Positions 22,265-34,682 of a DNA stretch of 64,000 nt are shown in pieces. Position 1 is the stretch's first letter. Each line of letters starts with the position of its first letter. A model generated the notes under the pieces. It saw only the letters and a program-made list of their open reading frames with translations. It was not told where the DNA came from and did no database searches. The DNA is from Pachysolen tannophilus NRRL Y-2460. Lineage: Eukaryota. Where the stretch lies: positions 413,465 to 477,464 of the forward strand of contig KV454015.1 of the NCBI GenBank assembly GCA_001661245.1. Direction: 5' to 3'. The position numbers were made by a program, and so were the translations under genes.

Positions 22265-23159
22265 TTTTTTTTAATATAATACTAATAACACTCGGCTTTT
22301 TTTTTTTTTTTTTTAAAATAATAATATATCAACCAACAAATTTTAAAGAAGAAAGAAAATTTTTTTATATTTATATATTTATATATTAATAATATATATA
22401 TATATTAATATATATATATTAATTATTTCATTTAGCTAAAAACACGGTAAAAAAATTTTTTTTTTTTTAATTCTTTTAATTTTTTTTTAATTTTTTTGTT
22501 TTCTTTTACGAGAAAGAGAAATATGATCTGACCACAAAAAATTGGAGAAAAGTTAAGTAATATTCTTGCACTAGTTATAAGCAACCAACAGACGAACAAA
22601 AAAGAAAATAAATAAATAAATAAATAAATAATTAAAAACTAATCTATATATTTTAAAAAAGAACAAAAAGAGAGAAATTATTTGGTATTAGTTTTAATAT
22701 ACTTTGTCTGGAGTGATTGTTAAATTGTACTCATTTTTTTTTTTAATAATCAATCTATATTCACCTCGTGTTATTCTTTGTTTTTTCTTTAAACTAACCG
22801 TATCCGTTTAATCCATACCACTTTATACTACACATATTCTATACTTTACATAACCGTTTCTTCCTCCTTCCTCCTTCCTCCTTCCTCCATTAAATTACTT
22901 TTGTTCTTAACTTATTGAAACATTACATCTTTTGTTCTCTTGTTCTCTTGTTCCTATCGGCGCTTAATTTATTTATTTAATAAAAAAAAAGGGAGAAAAA
23001 TGGTAGTGCTTAAATACACATACAAAACAAACAAACAACAAAACATAAAAATTAATTTTCTATTAGAAATTAAGCGCTGATGAGTTTTTTTAAATTATCT
23101 ATTAAATATTTATATAATAAGTTAATCTAATTAAGTTAATTAGATGTGAGATTTGAGAA

Positions 23160-23645
23160 ATGTCTTCATCGGTAATAGATGGGATAAGTTCTTCAGGAGA
23201 ACTTTTTGAAAAATTTTCAATTGGACAACTTCAAGATATTCGTCATAATTTAGATAATGATATTATTTTTAAAAAAAATGAATTAAATGATTTAATAACA
23301 AATAAATATAGAGATTTATTAAAAGTTGCAGATAATATAACTGAATTAAATGATAAAGTTAGAGAAGAAAATGATTTATTGAAAAAATTGACTTTTAGTA
23401 AATCAGAATATGTAATTGGTGATGGTGAATTGATTGAATATTCAAATTTAATTAAATTTAATTCAAATTTAAGAAATTTAAAAATATCAAATTTAAGATT
23501 TAAAAATAAATTAATTGTTTTAAGAAATTTATTAGATGATTTAGAAAATTGTTTGGAAACATTTACAACTTTAAATAATAAATTTAATTCTTTGATCAAT
23601 AATAACAATAATAACGATAAATTTTCTTCAATTGGAGGAGAAGAA

Positions 23646-23679
<34 letters not shown>

Positions 23680-25745
23680 GGAATTCATTATCTATTGATG
23701 AATTATTAATTGATAATGAATTACCTATAGAAATTTCAAAATTAATTTATATGATTAAAAAATTTTTCCATAAAGAATTATCAAAAAATTTTTTTTTAAA
23801 TTCAAGATTTAATGATTTAGTTTCCAAAAATTTATCAATTATAAATTATCAATTACAAAATTTAACTATAGATAATGAAAATGATATAATTTTACAATTA
23901 TTAATTTCTTCAATTATAATTACAATGAAATCACCTTTAGAAACTTTAAATGATTTTTTAAACATGAGATTTATAAAATTATCAAATTATAATCTTAAAA
24001 ATGATTTTAAAATTGCAATTAATTTTATATTTAATACAATAAATTATTTAAATTTATTTAATAATGGTAAATTATCAAATGGTTTAATAAAAATAATTTA
24101 TATTAATAATTCAAATATTAATAATAATAAACATTGGATTCATTTATCTTTTTTACAAAAATGGTTAAATTATTTTGAAATTAATGAAAATAATAATATT
24201 TTTAAAATTGAATTTCCATTATCAAAAGAAAATATTAAAAATTCTATAACAATTGAAATTTTTAATAATTGTTTAAAAAATTGGAAATTTAAAATAAGTA
24301 ATTATTTATTATCAAATCTTATAATTAAAAATAATAATAATTTTACATTAAATGATGAAATTAATGAAATTTCAAAAATATTAATTGGTTTTAAAAATTT
24401 TACATCATTAGTACTTGATTTAAAATTAGAAAATAATTCATTATTAATTGATAATATTTTAGAAAAATGGGAAAAAAATTTTATTGAATTAATAAATAAT
24501 GAAATAAAAGAATTTAATAATATTAAAAATTTAATAATTAATAAACATATTAATAATGGTGATAATAATGAATTTGAAAATTATAATAAAGATGATAAAG
24601 ATTATTTATATAATTCACCAGATGATTTAAATAATATTAAAATTTATTTAGATAAAATTTCAAAAATTTCTTCAAATATTGTGGGACAAGATAAACAAAT
24701 ATTAATTAAAATTGAAGAATTTTATAAACAAATAAATGAAAATTCTCAAGTATTAATTGAATTATTTAAATTAAATCAACGTTTATTAAAACCAATTTTA
24801 AGTATTGATGATTATGAAGATCCTCAATTTTGGTCTTTAATGTCTGAAAAAATAATTAATATTTATAAAAAAATTTTGAAAAATTGTAATGAAAATATTA
24901 TTGAAATAGAGAAAAATTTTATAGATGAATTATCAAATATTGAAATTGATAATACTATTAAGATTTTTAATTTATTAAGATGTTTAATATCATTAAATAA
25001 AAAACCAAATTTAAAATATTTATTTCAAGATAAGACATTATCATCTTCATCAATTGATACTAACAAAGATGAAGTATATGCAGCATTACCAGTTCATACT
25101 AGCACTAAAACAGTAATAAGTAATGGGAAATATTCACCAATTATAACAAGGTTCTTGGAAAAACTAATACAATTAAAGATATCTTCAGTATATGATCAAT
25201 TGGAAAAACTAATAAATTTAAGATTTTCAAATTTAACTGTTGAACCTGAAGAAATACTAATATGGGATAAATTAACAGATGGAAAATTAATTCCAACTCA
25301 ACCTTCATATGAAATAGTTATATTATTATACAGATTAAGTAATTCTTTAACTGAAAATAATCAATATAATGATATTTTCCAAATTGAAGAATTTAAAAAT
25401 TTGAAAAATTCAATATCACAAAATTTACTGGAATGTATACTAAAATCAATTCCAGAAGAAATTACTACAAACCCAGACTCACAACAAATATTATCCCAGA
25501 AATTATTATTAACATATGCAGATCTAATCTACATATTCTCATTCATTTACTACGATAGAAACACTACAGTTGATGAAATTATTACAAAATTTTTCACAAA
25601 AGATGAAAAATTCAAATTTTTTTTGGAAAAACTGACAACTTTACAAAAAGAAGACTCTTTACTAAAAGACAATGAAAATCTCAGAATTATCTCAAAGAAT
25701 ATCATTGATTTCTATAAAGGCAACCAATGTTTATTTGTATTTTAA
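23160..25745 (+). CDS. COG1: Vps51/Vps67-domain tethering subunit, probably COG complex subunit 1
   Basis: N-terminal 'ELFEKFSI…KKNELNDLITNKYRDLLKVADNI' matches the Cog1/Vps51 signature. The remainder is helical and N/I/K/L-biased. Confidence 0.7.
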
Positions 25746-26128
25746 AATAGAGATTTTCTAATATCCGAATTTTTTTTCTTTTTTTGTTTTTTTTTTCTTT
25801 TTTCTTTTTTTTCTCTTGTAACGCGTTTTAAAGAATAGTAAAAAAAAAAAAAAAAAAACTTCGAAAATTTTTATATAACAAAAAGTGATCTAGATTTAAT
25901 ATATATAATTTAATATAATATAATATTATATAAAAATTCAATATAATCAAATAGCTATATTTTCCATCTATCTCTGTGTTTAATCCATTTTAAAGAATCT
26001 GAATATATATAATCATTTGTTCATTCAATTTTTATGAAATATATTATATGTATTAGGTAAAAAATTGGAAAACATATATGTATATATATATATATTTTTC
26101 AATATATATTTATAGATGAAGATAGGTA

Positions 26129-29100
26129 ATGTCGTCCAGCAGTGATAGTAATACCACGACTACTATAGCTACTACGTCTGCCGCTACGGATGAAGAAATC
26201 AATATAAAATATGAGAATCATGGGAGTATAAAGAGGGAAAATAGTGGTAATGATAGGATTCAGCAAAGGCAACAACAACAACAACAAATTCTGCAGCGCC
26301 ATTTAAGTAATCAAGAATTACAAGCAGCAAGTGAGGCTGTTGAACAAGAAATTAATGCTGTTACTGCTTTGAAAAGGTTATCGATTGGAAATAATCTTAG
26401 TTATGACCCGGATTTGCCGTTTGGTGACAACGAATATAATAGTGAATTCAACCATAATCAGCAACAGCAGCAGCAGCAGCAGCAACAACATAATAATAAT
26501 AATAGTAGTAGTAGTAGTAGTATTAACATTACTATTAATAATAATACTACTGCTACAAATAATAATAATAATAATAATAATAATATTTGGGATGATGTTT
26601 TAAGTAGCAACAGCAGTAGTGGAAGAAGTGTTAGAGCCCGGAGTACTAGTGGTGGAAGCATAGGCAGTAGTATCGGTGGTAATAATAACAAGAGCCGTAG
26701 AAATAGTCTTATGAGTTTAACTGCTATTACCGGCACATCTTCTATTGTTGGTGAATATGGTGGTGGTAGTGGTTCTCCAGCAGAAGTATCGCTGAAAATT
26801 CTTACCGATAATGAGATTGTTGATGAAGATACTATAATTGATACTGATAAGTTACTTTGGGTTCCTGCAGATGCTCATCCTGAAATTGCTCCAGAAAGGT
26901 TTAAACAGCATATACAGAAAACTGTACATGAAATAACAGAAAAATTACAAACTAAAAACAGTATTAGGAGATCAAGCTCTTTAATGGAAAGCCATAACGT
27001 TAATGATGATGATGATGATGACTTGGGTAACGAGGAACAGAAACAACAAGATGATGAACAACCAGAACAACAACTTTCAAAACAATGCTGGCGTAATGAT
27101 GAACTGAAACAACCTTCGATTAGGGATTTGACCAAGGAATTGGAAAAATTATCGGAAATGGCAGGATTAGCCGCTACAGATGCAGTGACCTTGGCAAGAA
27201 CTTTATCATCATCATCATTGGGTTATACTACAATTGAAAAAGAAGCATATGACCTTACTCCCTTGAACAAATCCACCTCTCTGATTTTTGGGAAATCAAG
27301 CAGTATTCATAACTATCCCGATAAGAAAGATGATGATACTCCGGTATTATCTCCAAAAAGTGGATCTCAATTGAAAAGAAGTAGATGGACATCCTATAGG
27401 AAAAATAGTTCTTTATCTGGATCTTCTTTAAAATCATCTCATAATGATATAACCTCATCATCTGTGAAGACATCGCCAATTTTGAAAGATGAAAATGACA
27501 GTGGAAAATTGGATGAAGTTTCAAATAATACAAAAGATTTAAAATTCAAAGTTCTTAATGATACCAAATCAGAATCTCATCCATATCAAACAACGAAAGT
27601 AGCTTCTACTGAAAATAATCGTCAACCTTTGGCGAATTTACAAGATCAACAAAAACACCAAAGACAATCACAACCACAGTCACAACCACAACCACAACAA
27701 CCACAGCAACGTCCACAACAATTTGGTAAACTGGATCTTTCTCTGCAAAATTTTGGATATCCTCAGCAACAATCTCAAAGAAAGCCACAGCAGAGACATC
27801 CTCCTTATCATCAACCAAATCAATACCAAAGAAGACCTTCTCACCCATCACTGCAAATCATTCATCAAGGAAATAATGATGGATCATCATCTCTGCAAAT
27901 TCAACAACAACAACAACAACATCAACATCAGTTTCAGCAAAGACTGCGCCCGCAAGGTCACGCCAAAAATCATCAGAAATACCCTTCATCTTTATCTGCA
28001 TCTCAGGGGCCCCTACAACAGCATCAACGTTCTCACCACCACCAGCAACATAAACTTATGACTGGAAACACGTCTAGAAAAGTCTCACCACTTCAACAAC
28101 AACATCAGATGTTTCAAAGTCAAGGTCCTTCACAACAGAGGCCACATTCAGGGTCTCCAAGGTTGAGTCAATCACTGAATTTCAGTGGACCATATCCACA
28201 GCAACTGTCTCCACGTCCTTTATCACAAAGGTCTCCGAAGATAGACTCTCAGCTGCAGTTGGCTTCTACTCTTCAGAAACAACATATGCAGCGTTCTCCT
28301 CCACCTCCCCCATCACCACTGCCATTACCATTAGAAGAACAACAAAAGCAGAAGCAAATATTAGGTCAGTCTAAAATCAACAATTTCTCATTTTTCCAGC
28401 AAGGTAAGTCCAACTCTTCAACTCAGCAGCTGCAGATTTCACCAAAAGTTAATTCTGATTTTTCAACAGAAGTTCAAGATACTAGTGGTCTTACCCAGGA
28501 AGAAAATGAATCAACAATTCCAAACAAGAAGAAGTCATATGGTGAATTGAGCACAGACACAACGACCACATCTGGATCAGATAAGAAACCATCTGCAGCA
28601 AAAAAAGGTTGGAATTGGTTCAAAGAAAGAAGTTCTGATAAACAATTATTATCTAGATCTCTTACAGATCCATATTCTAATAATGTGCTGCTACAGAAAG
28701 ATGATCCTTTGCTGTCCAGGTCGTTCTCTGACCCTAAAATTCTTAGCTCTGTTTCTACTGTTGCTTCTGCCAGTTCTAGCGGATCTTCTACACCAAATCA
28801 TTCAAGAAACAGACACGGAAGCGTTAGTATAAATGAATTAGATACCACCAAAGAAACACAGCAAGCTGAACCTGTAAAGGAAAAAGAGAATAAAAATCTC
28901 ATTACAAATTTTTTCAAAAAGAAAACACATAAGAGCGATAAACAAGTTTCATCGGCATCAAATAAATCGTCATCATTAGATAAAAAACGTCAACCTAGAA
29001 CTCCATCTCCTCCATTGTCAGATCTGCAACAGCAGCAACAAAATTTTGGACTGCCCGAACCAACTCAACAACCAACCCCTCCAGATACGACTGATAACAA

Positions 29101-29914
29101 TCCTCTTTTAAGTTATTCTATTTCGAACTCTAGTGGTAACGATACAGAAGACAAAAGAGTGCAAATGAACAGAAACAATAGATTTCAAGAACAGTCTGCT
29201 GAGGATTTGCATAATAATAACCAACAAGAGTTTGTAGCAACCTCTAATAGATACTCAGCGGGATCGACAACATCCTCATCACCACCAGCTTCACCTAAAG
29301 ACCAGAAAGATTTGCAAATCTCAAAAATTAATTCAGATTCTGGAAGTTTGTCGCAGTCAACATTGAAGGTCGAAAGTAAATCTTATGAAAGACCAAATCA
29401 ACCAATTAAGTATACGGAGTCTGCATTTGGGTTTCCATTACCTCCCCCTTCTCATTCGACTACCGTAATGTTGGATTATAGGTTTCCAATTCACGCTGAA
29501 AGGGCAATTTACAGATTATCTCATTTAAAATTGGCAAACCCTAAGAGGCCGTTGAGACAGCAGGTGTTATTGTCGAATTTCATGTATGCTTATTTAAACT
29601 TGGTTAACCATACATTGTATTTACAGCAAATGAGTGAAAATGGGGATGGCCATAATAATAACAATGATTTAAGCATGAATGGAGAAGATTTTACAGAGGA
29701 AGAGTTAATAAATAATAATCATGATCATGACGATGAAGATGATGAAGAAGAAGAAGATGAATTCATTTTGAACTTTGAAGAGGTTCTTAATGACAATGAA
29801 GCTGGACTCAGCGGTAATGAAGAGGTTGAGCTACCTCTTCAAATTAATGAATCTATAAATAAAGATTCTAGAAACCGCCACGACCAGTCAGTAGAAATTT
29901 ATTACGATGCATAG
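26129..29914 (+). CDS. ZDS1: Zds1/Zds2 family PP2A-Cdc55 regulator
   Basis: Motifs 'ALKRLSIG' and 'LLWVPADAHPEIAP', and Zds_C domain 'FGFPLPP…ERAIYRLSHLKLANPKRPLRQQVLLSNFMYAYLNLVNHTLY'; Q/N-rich linkers. Confidence 0.92.
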   Translation: MSSSSDSNTTTTIATTSAATDEEINIKYENHGSIKRENSGNDRIQQRQQQQQQILQRHLSNQELQAASEAVEQEINAVTALKRLSIGNNLSYDPDLPFGDNEYNSEFNHNQQQQQQQQQQHNNNNSSSSSSINITINNNTTATNNNNNNNNNIWDDVLSSNSSSGRSVRARSTSGGSIGSSIGGNNNKSRRNSLMSLTAITGTSSIVGEYGGGSGSPAEVSLKILTDNEIVDEDTIIDTDKLLWVPADAHPEIAPERFKQHIQKTVHEITEKLQTKNSIRRSSSLMESHNVNDDDDDDLGNEEQKQQDDEQPEQQLSKQCWRNDELKQPSIRDLTKELEKLSEMAGLAATDAVTLARTLSSSSLGYTTIEKEAYDLTPLNKSTSLIFGKSSSIHNYPDKKDDDTPVLSPKSGSQLKRSRWTSYRKNSSLSGSSLKSSHNDITSSSVKTSPILKDENDSGKLDEVSNNTKDLKFKVLNDTKSESHPYQTTKVASTENNRQPLANLQDQQKHQRQSQPQSQPQPQQPQQRPQQFGKLDLSLQNFGYPQQQSQRKPQQRHPPYHQPNQYQRRPSHPSLQIIHQGNNDGSSSLQIQQQQQQHQHQFQQRLRPQGHAKNHQKYPSSLSASQGPLQQHQRSHHHQQHKLMTGNTSRKVSPLQQQHQMFQSQGPSQQRPHSGSPRLSQSLNFSGPYPQQLSPRPLSQRSPKIDSQLQLASTLQKQHMQRSPPPPPSPLPLPLEEQQKQKQILGQSKINNFSFFQQGKSNSSTQQLQISPKVNSDFSTEVQDTSGLTQEENESTIPNKKKSYGELSTDTTTTSGSDKKPSAAKKGWNWFKERSSDKQLLSRSLTDPYSNNVLLQKDDPLLSRSFSDPKILSSVSTVASASSSGSSTPNHSRNRHGSVSINELDTTKETQQAEPVKEKENKNLITNFFKKKTHKSDKQVSSASNKSSSLDKKRQPRTPSPPLSDLQQQQQNFGLPEPTQQPTPPDTTDNNPLLSYSISNSSGNDTEDKRVQMNRNNRFQEQSAEDLHNNNQQEFVATSNRYSAGSTTSSSPPASPKDQKDLQISKINSDSGSLSQSTLKVESKSYERPNQPIKYTESAFGFPLPPPSHSTTVMLDYRFPIHAERAIYRLSHLKLANPKRPLRQQVLLSNFMYAYLNLVNHTLYLQQMSENGDGHNNNNDLSMNGEDFTEEELINNNHDHDDEDDEEEEDEFILNFEEVLNDNEAGLSGNEEVELPLQINESINKDSRNRHDQSVEIYYDA

Positions 29915-30240
29915 AAATAGAATTTAACAAAAATAGATTAAAAAGCTCAGAAGATTAAGATTAATTCAATAAGGATAGAAATGATGGAGTTTTTTTTTTT
30001 TATTTTATTTTTTTTATTTTATTTTTTATTTTATTTATTATTTGGTGGAATGTAAATAATGATACCTCACCTACTTTATAATAAAAGTCATTATGATTTG
30101 AGAATGGAGTTTTCAACTCTCCTATTTAAAGTAGCTCTAAAAATACGTTGAATGGCATTTAGGTATTATTTCTATGAAATGTTTCATCATTAGAAGATAT
30201 GTCGAACATGGAAGTTTCCTTAAGAGAAATCCATTCATAT

Positions 30241-31167
30241 TTATATCCATTCTATGTAACTCAATTGACTATCAGTCAAACTCCATAAGTTTTTCTTAAA
30301 TGCCCAGATCCCTAAAAGCAACAAATTCCAATAACAATACTTCCACCATCTTCCAAAAAATTTGGGATCATCATTTGGTAAAAAAATAGGCAATCCCATG
30401 AAGTTACAGAAAAAATGGACCACAATGCAACTGTAGATATTCCCTCCATTTCTCAAGAATAAAAACTTTGTGAACATGCCAAACAACCATGTATATATTG
30501 CCTGAACTAGGCAATTTATAACAACTCTAGTTACTGGGTAGCCTTCTTTCAACAACTGGTAACCGTGATGCAAATGAGCAAATCCAAATAAAATTGGTGT
30601 GAACACAATTAATTTAGTAAAAGAAATAGAATTCAATGGAATAAAACATGATAAAATTGAAGATGTATATATCAACTCTTCAGTGATGGGTGCTACAATG
30701 TAATTTCTAAAACCTTGTAAAGTTTTTAATTCTTCAATCAAGTCCATTACTAAGTTTTGCCGTTCTACAACTAGGCAATTGATCAATGGACCATTGAATA
30801 ACAATATAACCAACAACAATGAATTTCCCATATCTTTCAATGCTATCAATAAATATTCCAGCTTATAGGAATAAGTATGACTGATCAGGTCAAATTTAAA
30901 ACCCGGTAATACACCCATCAATACCAAACTTTCAATTACGCTATGAGTAAAAGATAAATCTTTCAAGATAAAAGGTAAAAGAATAAAAGTTATCAAAGTC
31001 ATTATGGATATCTTTTCTATTCTTGCCCTGATTATTCTAGGATCATTCCTCGCTGTAGAAGTATTGCCATTTGGTCTATCTTCTGGTGATATATATAATA
31101 CCAATACATATGATGAAGCTATCAAAAGCGATATCACTATTGCAATTGAAAATTTTGAGAAATACAT
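30241..31167 (-). CDS. RCE1: CAAX prenyl protease 2
   Basis: Motifs 'RNYIVAPITEELIY', 'FGFAHLHH' and 'HFFCNFMGLP', with multiple TM segments. The first ATG is at 31167. Confidence 0.92.
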   Translation of the reverse strand: MYFSKFSIAIVISLLIASSYVLVLYISPEDRPNGNTSTARNDPRIIRARIEKISIMTLITFILLPFILKDLSFTHSVIESLVLMGVLPGFKFDLISHTYSYKLEYLLIALKDMGNSLLLVILLFNGPLINCLVVERQNLVMDLIEELKTLQGFRNYIVAPITEELIYTSSILSCFIPLNSISFTKLIVFTPILFGFAHLHHGYQLLKEGYPVTRVVINCLVQAIYTWLFGMFTKFLFLRNGGNIYSCIVVHFFCNFMGLPIFLPNDDPKFFGRWWKYCYWNLLLLGIWAFKKNLWSLTDSQLSYIEWI

Positions 31168-31390
31168 CAAAAACTTATAAGTTAACCTTCTAGATCATGA
31201 ATATTCAAATGCCACTCACTCATTACAACACTTTTAACTACAACACTTTGTGTAAAATATGAAGTCTTTTATAATTAATTGATCCTGATCAATTTTTCAT
31301 CATTTTACTATACAAGACACGTCCAACTATCAATTTTGAGACATGTCACTTTCATCAGAGTACAAATCTATAAATCTATAAGACTATTGA

Positions 31391-33313
31391 TCACGAAGAC
31401 GAGCTCTTGTTGAGAGTTCCTCTTAAAAACCATATGGAAACTATTGCCATGAATGCTAGAGATCCACCTGCAATGACCAAATTTGATGTTGCATCACTTT
31501 CAGGTTCAGGTTCTAAATTTGGAGTAGCATTACTTGGTAATTTTGCTGTTTCAACTAAAGTGACAAACAACTCATTAAGGGAACTTGACCAACTAGAAGA
31601 TATATGCAAAGGCAGTGGTAAGAAGATAGATCTTGTATATGGTTCTGGTTGTAGGTCTGATCTTTGTTGCTGTCTATCTAAATCTGCTTTTAAAGCGACA
31701 AATACAGCAGGTAATCCATCTAATTGTGGATATTTTTCACGTAGTTCAACCAAACTATTAAAAGAATCTGGATCTGCAGAGTCATAAGTATAACACAAGA
31801 TATCACATTGATCTAATTTCGACTGATTTTCTAATATAGCTGGTTCTAATTCACCCAATTCTTCCAAGATCAAGTAACATTGTTTACCTCCTGTTAACTC
31901 CACAGTATTAGCTACAATTCTTTGTTGTATTGTAGGAGAATATAATTCACTATATTGTCTTCCTAAAAAAGCTTCTAATAATGATGTTTTACCACTTCCT
32001 GGACTACCCAATACAAAACAATTAAAAACTGTTCTATCATTTACTGGTGCTCTAAAACTTTTACCTTTTCTTTTCCGTATTTTTCTTGGTTTTGTTATTT
32101 TTAAAGCAGAAGTTGTTGAACCATTTTTCACATTACTTTCAAATCCAAGATATCCTAAATAAGCCAAAGTTGTTTTAAAATCAAGAAAAGTAGTCATTGA
32201 CCATTGTGCTAACCAACCTTGAAGAGTTACATATCCTTGTTCATTACAAACAATTGTTCTTGGGAAATTCGATTCTTGCCAAGATTTTGGTATTCCTGGA
32301 GTAGGTTTAAATAATATTCTCAATTCTTCATCATTCAATCCACCATCATTATCCTTATCAAATAATAAAAATAAATCAACCAAGAACTTATAACCAATTG
32401 GTGATAATTCAACTGATGAACCATTTGGTACGTCAAATTTCGGATATAATATTTTATCACTTAAAGATAAAGAATCTGTATAATGGAAAGTACGTAATAT
32501 ACCCCATGTAGTTTCATGTCTACCATTTTCAGCATAAAATTTATTTAAAGCTAAAAAACCTTGTTCAGATATTCCATTAGATGCAATTCCTTGAGGTAAT
32601 AATTTAATTATTGTACTTTTAATATCATTCATTTCATTTATATCTAAACCTTTTGTGAAACATTTTTTCTGTAATTCAACAAATTCTTTATCATTCAAAT
32701 AACCATCTTGATCTCTATCACTTAAAAAAAAAATTCTTTTTAAAGCATCAATTGCTAATGGTTTTAAATTACCTTCTTTATAATCAAAAATTGGAGAAAT
32801 TGGATGAGTAACAGCTCTTTGACATATATAAAAAGCTTGAGTAATATTATAATTCTCCTTTGCACTGCATCTAACACATGATTCAATCTCTTTAAAATCT
32901 CTTAACAAGGGTAAAAATTCATCAATCAGTAATTTCTCATGCTCTATATGAGGAATTAAATCAGATTTATTGGCACATACAACAACTGGTAAATTAACGC
33001 CCATTGATCGAAACATCATCATCCAATATAACGAAATTCGCTCATAAGTATAATGATCCGAATATATAAGCCATATCACATCCGCCTGTCGAATCTCCTT
33101 TTGTAACGTAGAAAGCTCAGAAGATGATGTATCAATCAATATCGTCGAATTAGGTGAATATGGTGAAGATGAAAAATCTCTTGGAATAGTTATTTCTGGA
33201 ATTACATGCTGAATATTAGGAACAAATGCTTCTTTAACCAATGAAGTAATAATACACGATTTACCAACACCTTCATCACCACACACAACAACTCTTATGG
33301 TATCCGTAGACAT
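31391..33313 (-). CDS. GEM1: Mitochondrial Rho GTPase Miro
   Basis: Two GTPase domains ('CGDEGVGKS', 'GSPGSGKTSLL'), two EF-hands (DRDQDGYL, DKDNDGGL) and a C-terminal tail anchor. Confidence 0.96.
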   Translation of the reverse strand: MSTDTIRVVVCGDEGVGKSCIITSLVKEAFVPNIQHVIPEITIPRDFSSSPYSPNSTILIDTSSSELSTLQKEIRQADVIWLIYSDHYTYERISLYWMMMFRSMGVNLPVVVCANKSDLIPHIEHEKLLIDEFLPLLRDFKEIESCVRCSAKENYNITQAFYICQRAVTHPISPIFDYKEGNLKPLAIDALKRIFFLSDRDQDGYLNDKEFVELQKKCFTKGLDINEMNDIKSTIIKLLPQGIASNGISEQGFLALNKFYAENGRHETTWGILRTFHYTDSLSLSDKILYPKFDVPNGSSVELSPIGYKFLVDLFLLFDKDNDGGLNDEELRILFKPTPGIPKSWQESNFPRTIVCNEQGYVTLQGWLAQWSMTTFLDFKTTLAYLGYLGFESNVKNGSTTSALKITKPRKIRKRKGKSFRAPVNDRTVFNCFVLGSPGSGKTSLLEAFLGRQYSELYSPTIQQRIVANTVELTGGKQCYLILEELGELEPAILENQSKLDQCDILCYTYDSADPDSFNSLVELREKYPQLDGLPAVFVALKADLDRQQQRSDLQPEPYTRSIFLPLPLHISSSWSSSLNELFVTLVETAKLPSNATPNLEPEPESDATSNLVIAGGSLAFMAIVSIWFLRGTLNKSSSS

Positions 33314-33529
33314 GATCTCTCTCTCAACTTCTATTCATTACTATAATATCATCAATTTCAATTCAATTCACATAGTAATTAAAACCCAAATAAATTATAA
33401 ACACTACTTTTTCGCCTTTTTTCAACTCTTTTTTTTTTCGATTTTAAATTGAAGTTTTGTTTTCAACAAGTTAATTAAAATAACAATTTTGAAATAGTTG
33501 ATTAATTGAGAGTGAATAGATAAAGGATA

Positions 33530-34477
33530 ATGGTATGTTTGTGCTATGATGATTGATGTTGGAAGTTGGAAATATTATTTTATTTTTTTTTGTTTTTTAA
33601 AATTTCCAATTGATAGAAAGTTTGATTAATGATTAAATGAATTATTTTATATGATTTAAATTTACTAACATGATGTTGCCACCGTTATCTTTCTTACCAA
33701 TTTTTATAGACTTCAATTGGTACAGGTTATGATCTTTCCAATAGTATTTTTTCTCCAGATGGAAGAAATTTCCAAGTGGAGTATGCTACTAAAGCAGTTG
33801 AGAATGGAGGAACTTCAATTGGTATTAAATGTAAAGATGGTATTGTATTAGCTGTTGAAAAAGTTGTTAATTCCAAATTACTTGTACCTGGGAAAAATAA
33901 AAAAATTCAAACGATTGATAGACATGTTGGTGTATGTTATTCTGGTTTAATACCTGATGGAAGACATTTGGTGAATCGTGGTAGAGATGAGGCTCAATCT
34001 TACAAATCATTGTATAAAGAACCAATTTTAGTTCCATCATTAATAGATAGATTAGGTATTTATGTTCAGAACTACACTTGCTATAACTCTGTTAGACCGT
34101 TTGGAGTTTCTGCAATTGTGGGCGGTATCGATGATAACGGTCCACATCTTTACATGATTGAACCAAGTGGTGTATATTGGGGGTATAATGGTGCCGCCAC
34201 TGGGAAGGGAAGACAAGCAGCAAAGTCTGAATTGGAAAAATTGGACTTGCCAAATTTAACCACAAGAGAGGCAGTAAAAGAAGCAGCAAAGATTATATAT
34301 CTGGCTCATGAATCAAACAAAGACAAAGATTTCGAATTAGAAATTAGTTGGATCAATTATGAAGATACTAAAGGTAGACACGAGTCTATTCCTGAAGAAT
34401 TATTAAAAGAAGCTATTGAATATGCTGCCGCTCAAAGCGATGAAGAAGAAAGCAGTGACGAAGAAATGGAAGAATAG
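33530..34477 (+). CDS. PRE10: 20S proteasome alpha-7 subunit; exon 1 is the ATG only (33530-33532), exon 2 is 33710-34477 (256 aa)
   Basis: The spliced N-terminus M|TSIGTGYDLSNSIFSPDGRNFQVEYA is the canonical alpha7 start; also 'GKGRQAAKSELEKL' and 'KDFELEISW'. Confidence 0.96.
33533..33709 (+). other. Spliceosomal intron of PRE10 (177 nt), directly after the start codon
   Basis: GTATGT donor, TACTAAC at 33663-33669, TAG acceptor ending at 33709. Confidence 0.95.
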
Positions 34478-34682
34478 ATTAATTTCTTTTATTTTATTTT
34501 GATTTGTTTTTCTTTTATTTTATTTTATTTTATTTTTTGTTTGTTCAATTTCTTTTCTACCTCCTTCTTAAAAGGTAATAATAAAGTATGTTTTAGAAAA
34601 TAGCTTTTCATTATAAACTAATAGCTAGTTTTATTAGATAATTTAATACAAGCAGAGGTGCAAAAAAAAAAAAAGGCATCTT

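Noticed and set aside
30050..30240. Possible hairpins between the convergent ZDS1 and RCE1 ends
   Set aside because: Pairings are short, AT-rich and mutually competing; no H/ACA boxes in the right places.
33546..33660. snoRNA in the PRE10 intron (ATGATGA at 33546)
   Set aside because: No downstream CTGA D box and no recognisable rRNA guide.
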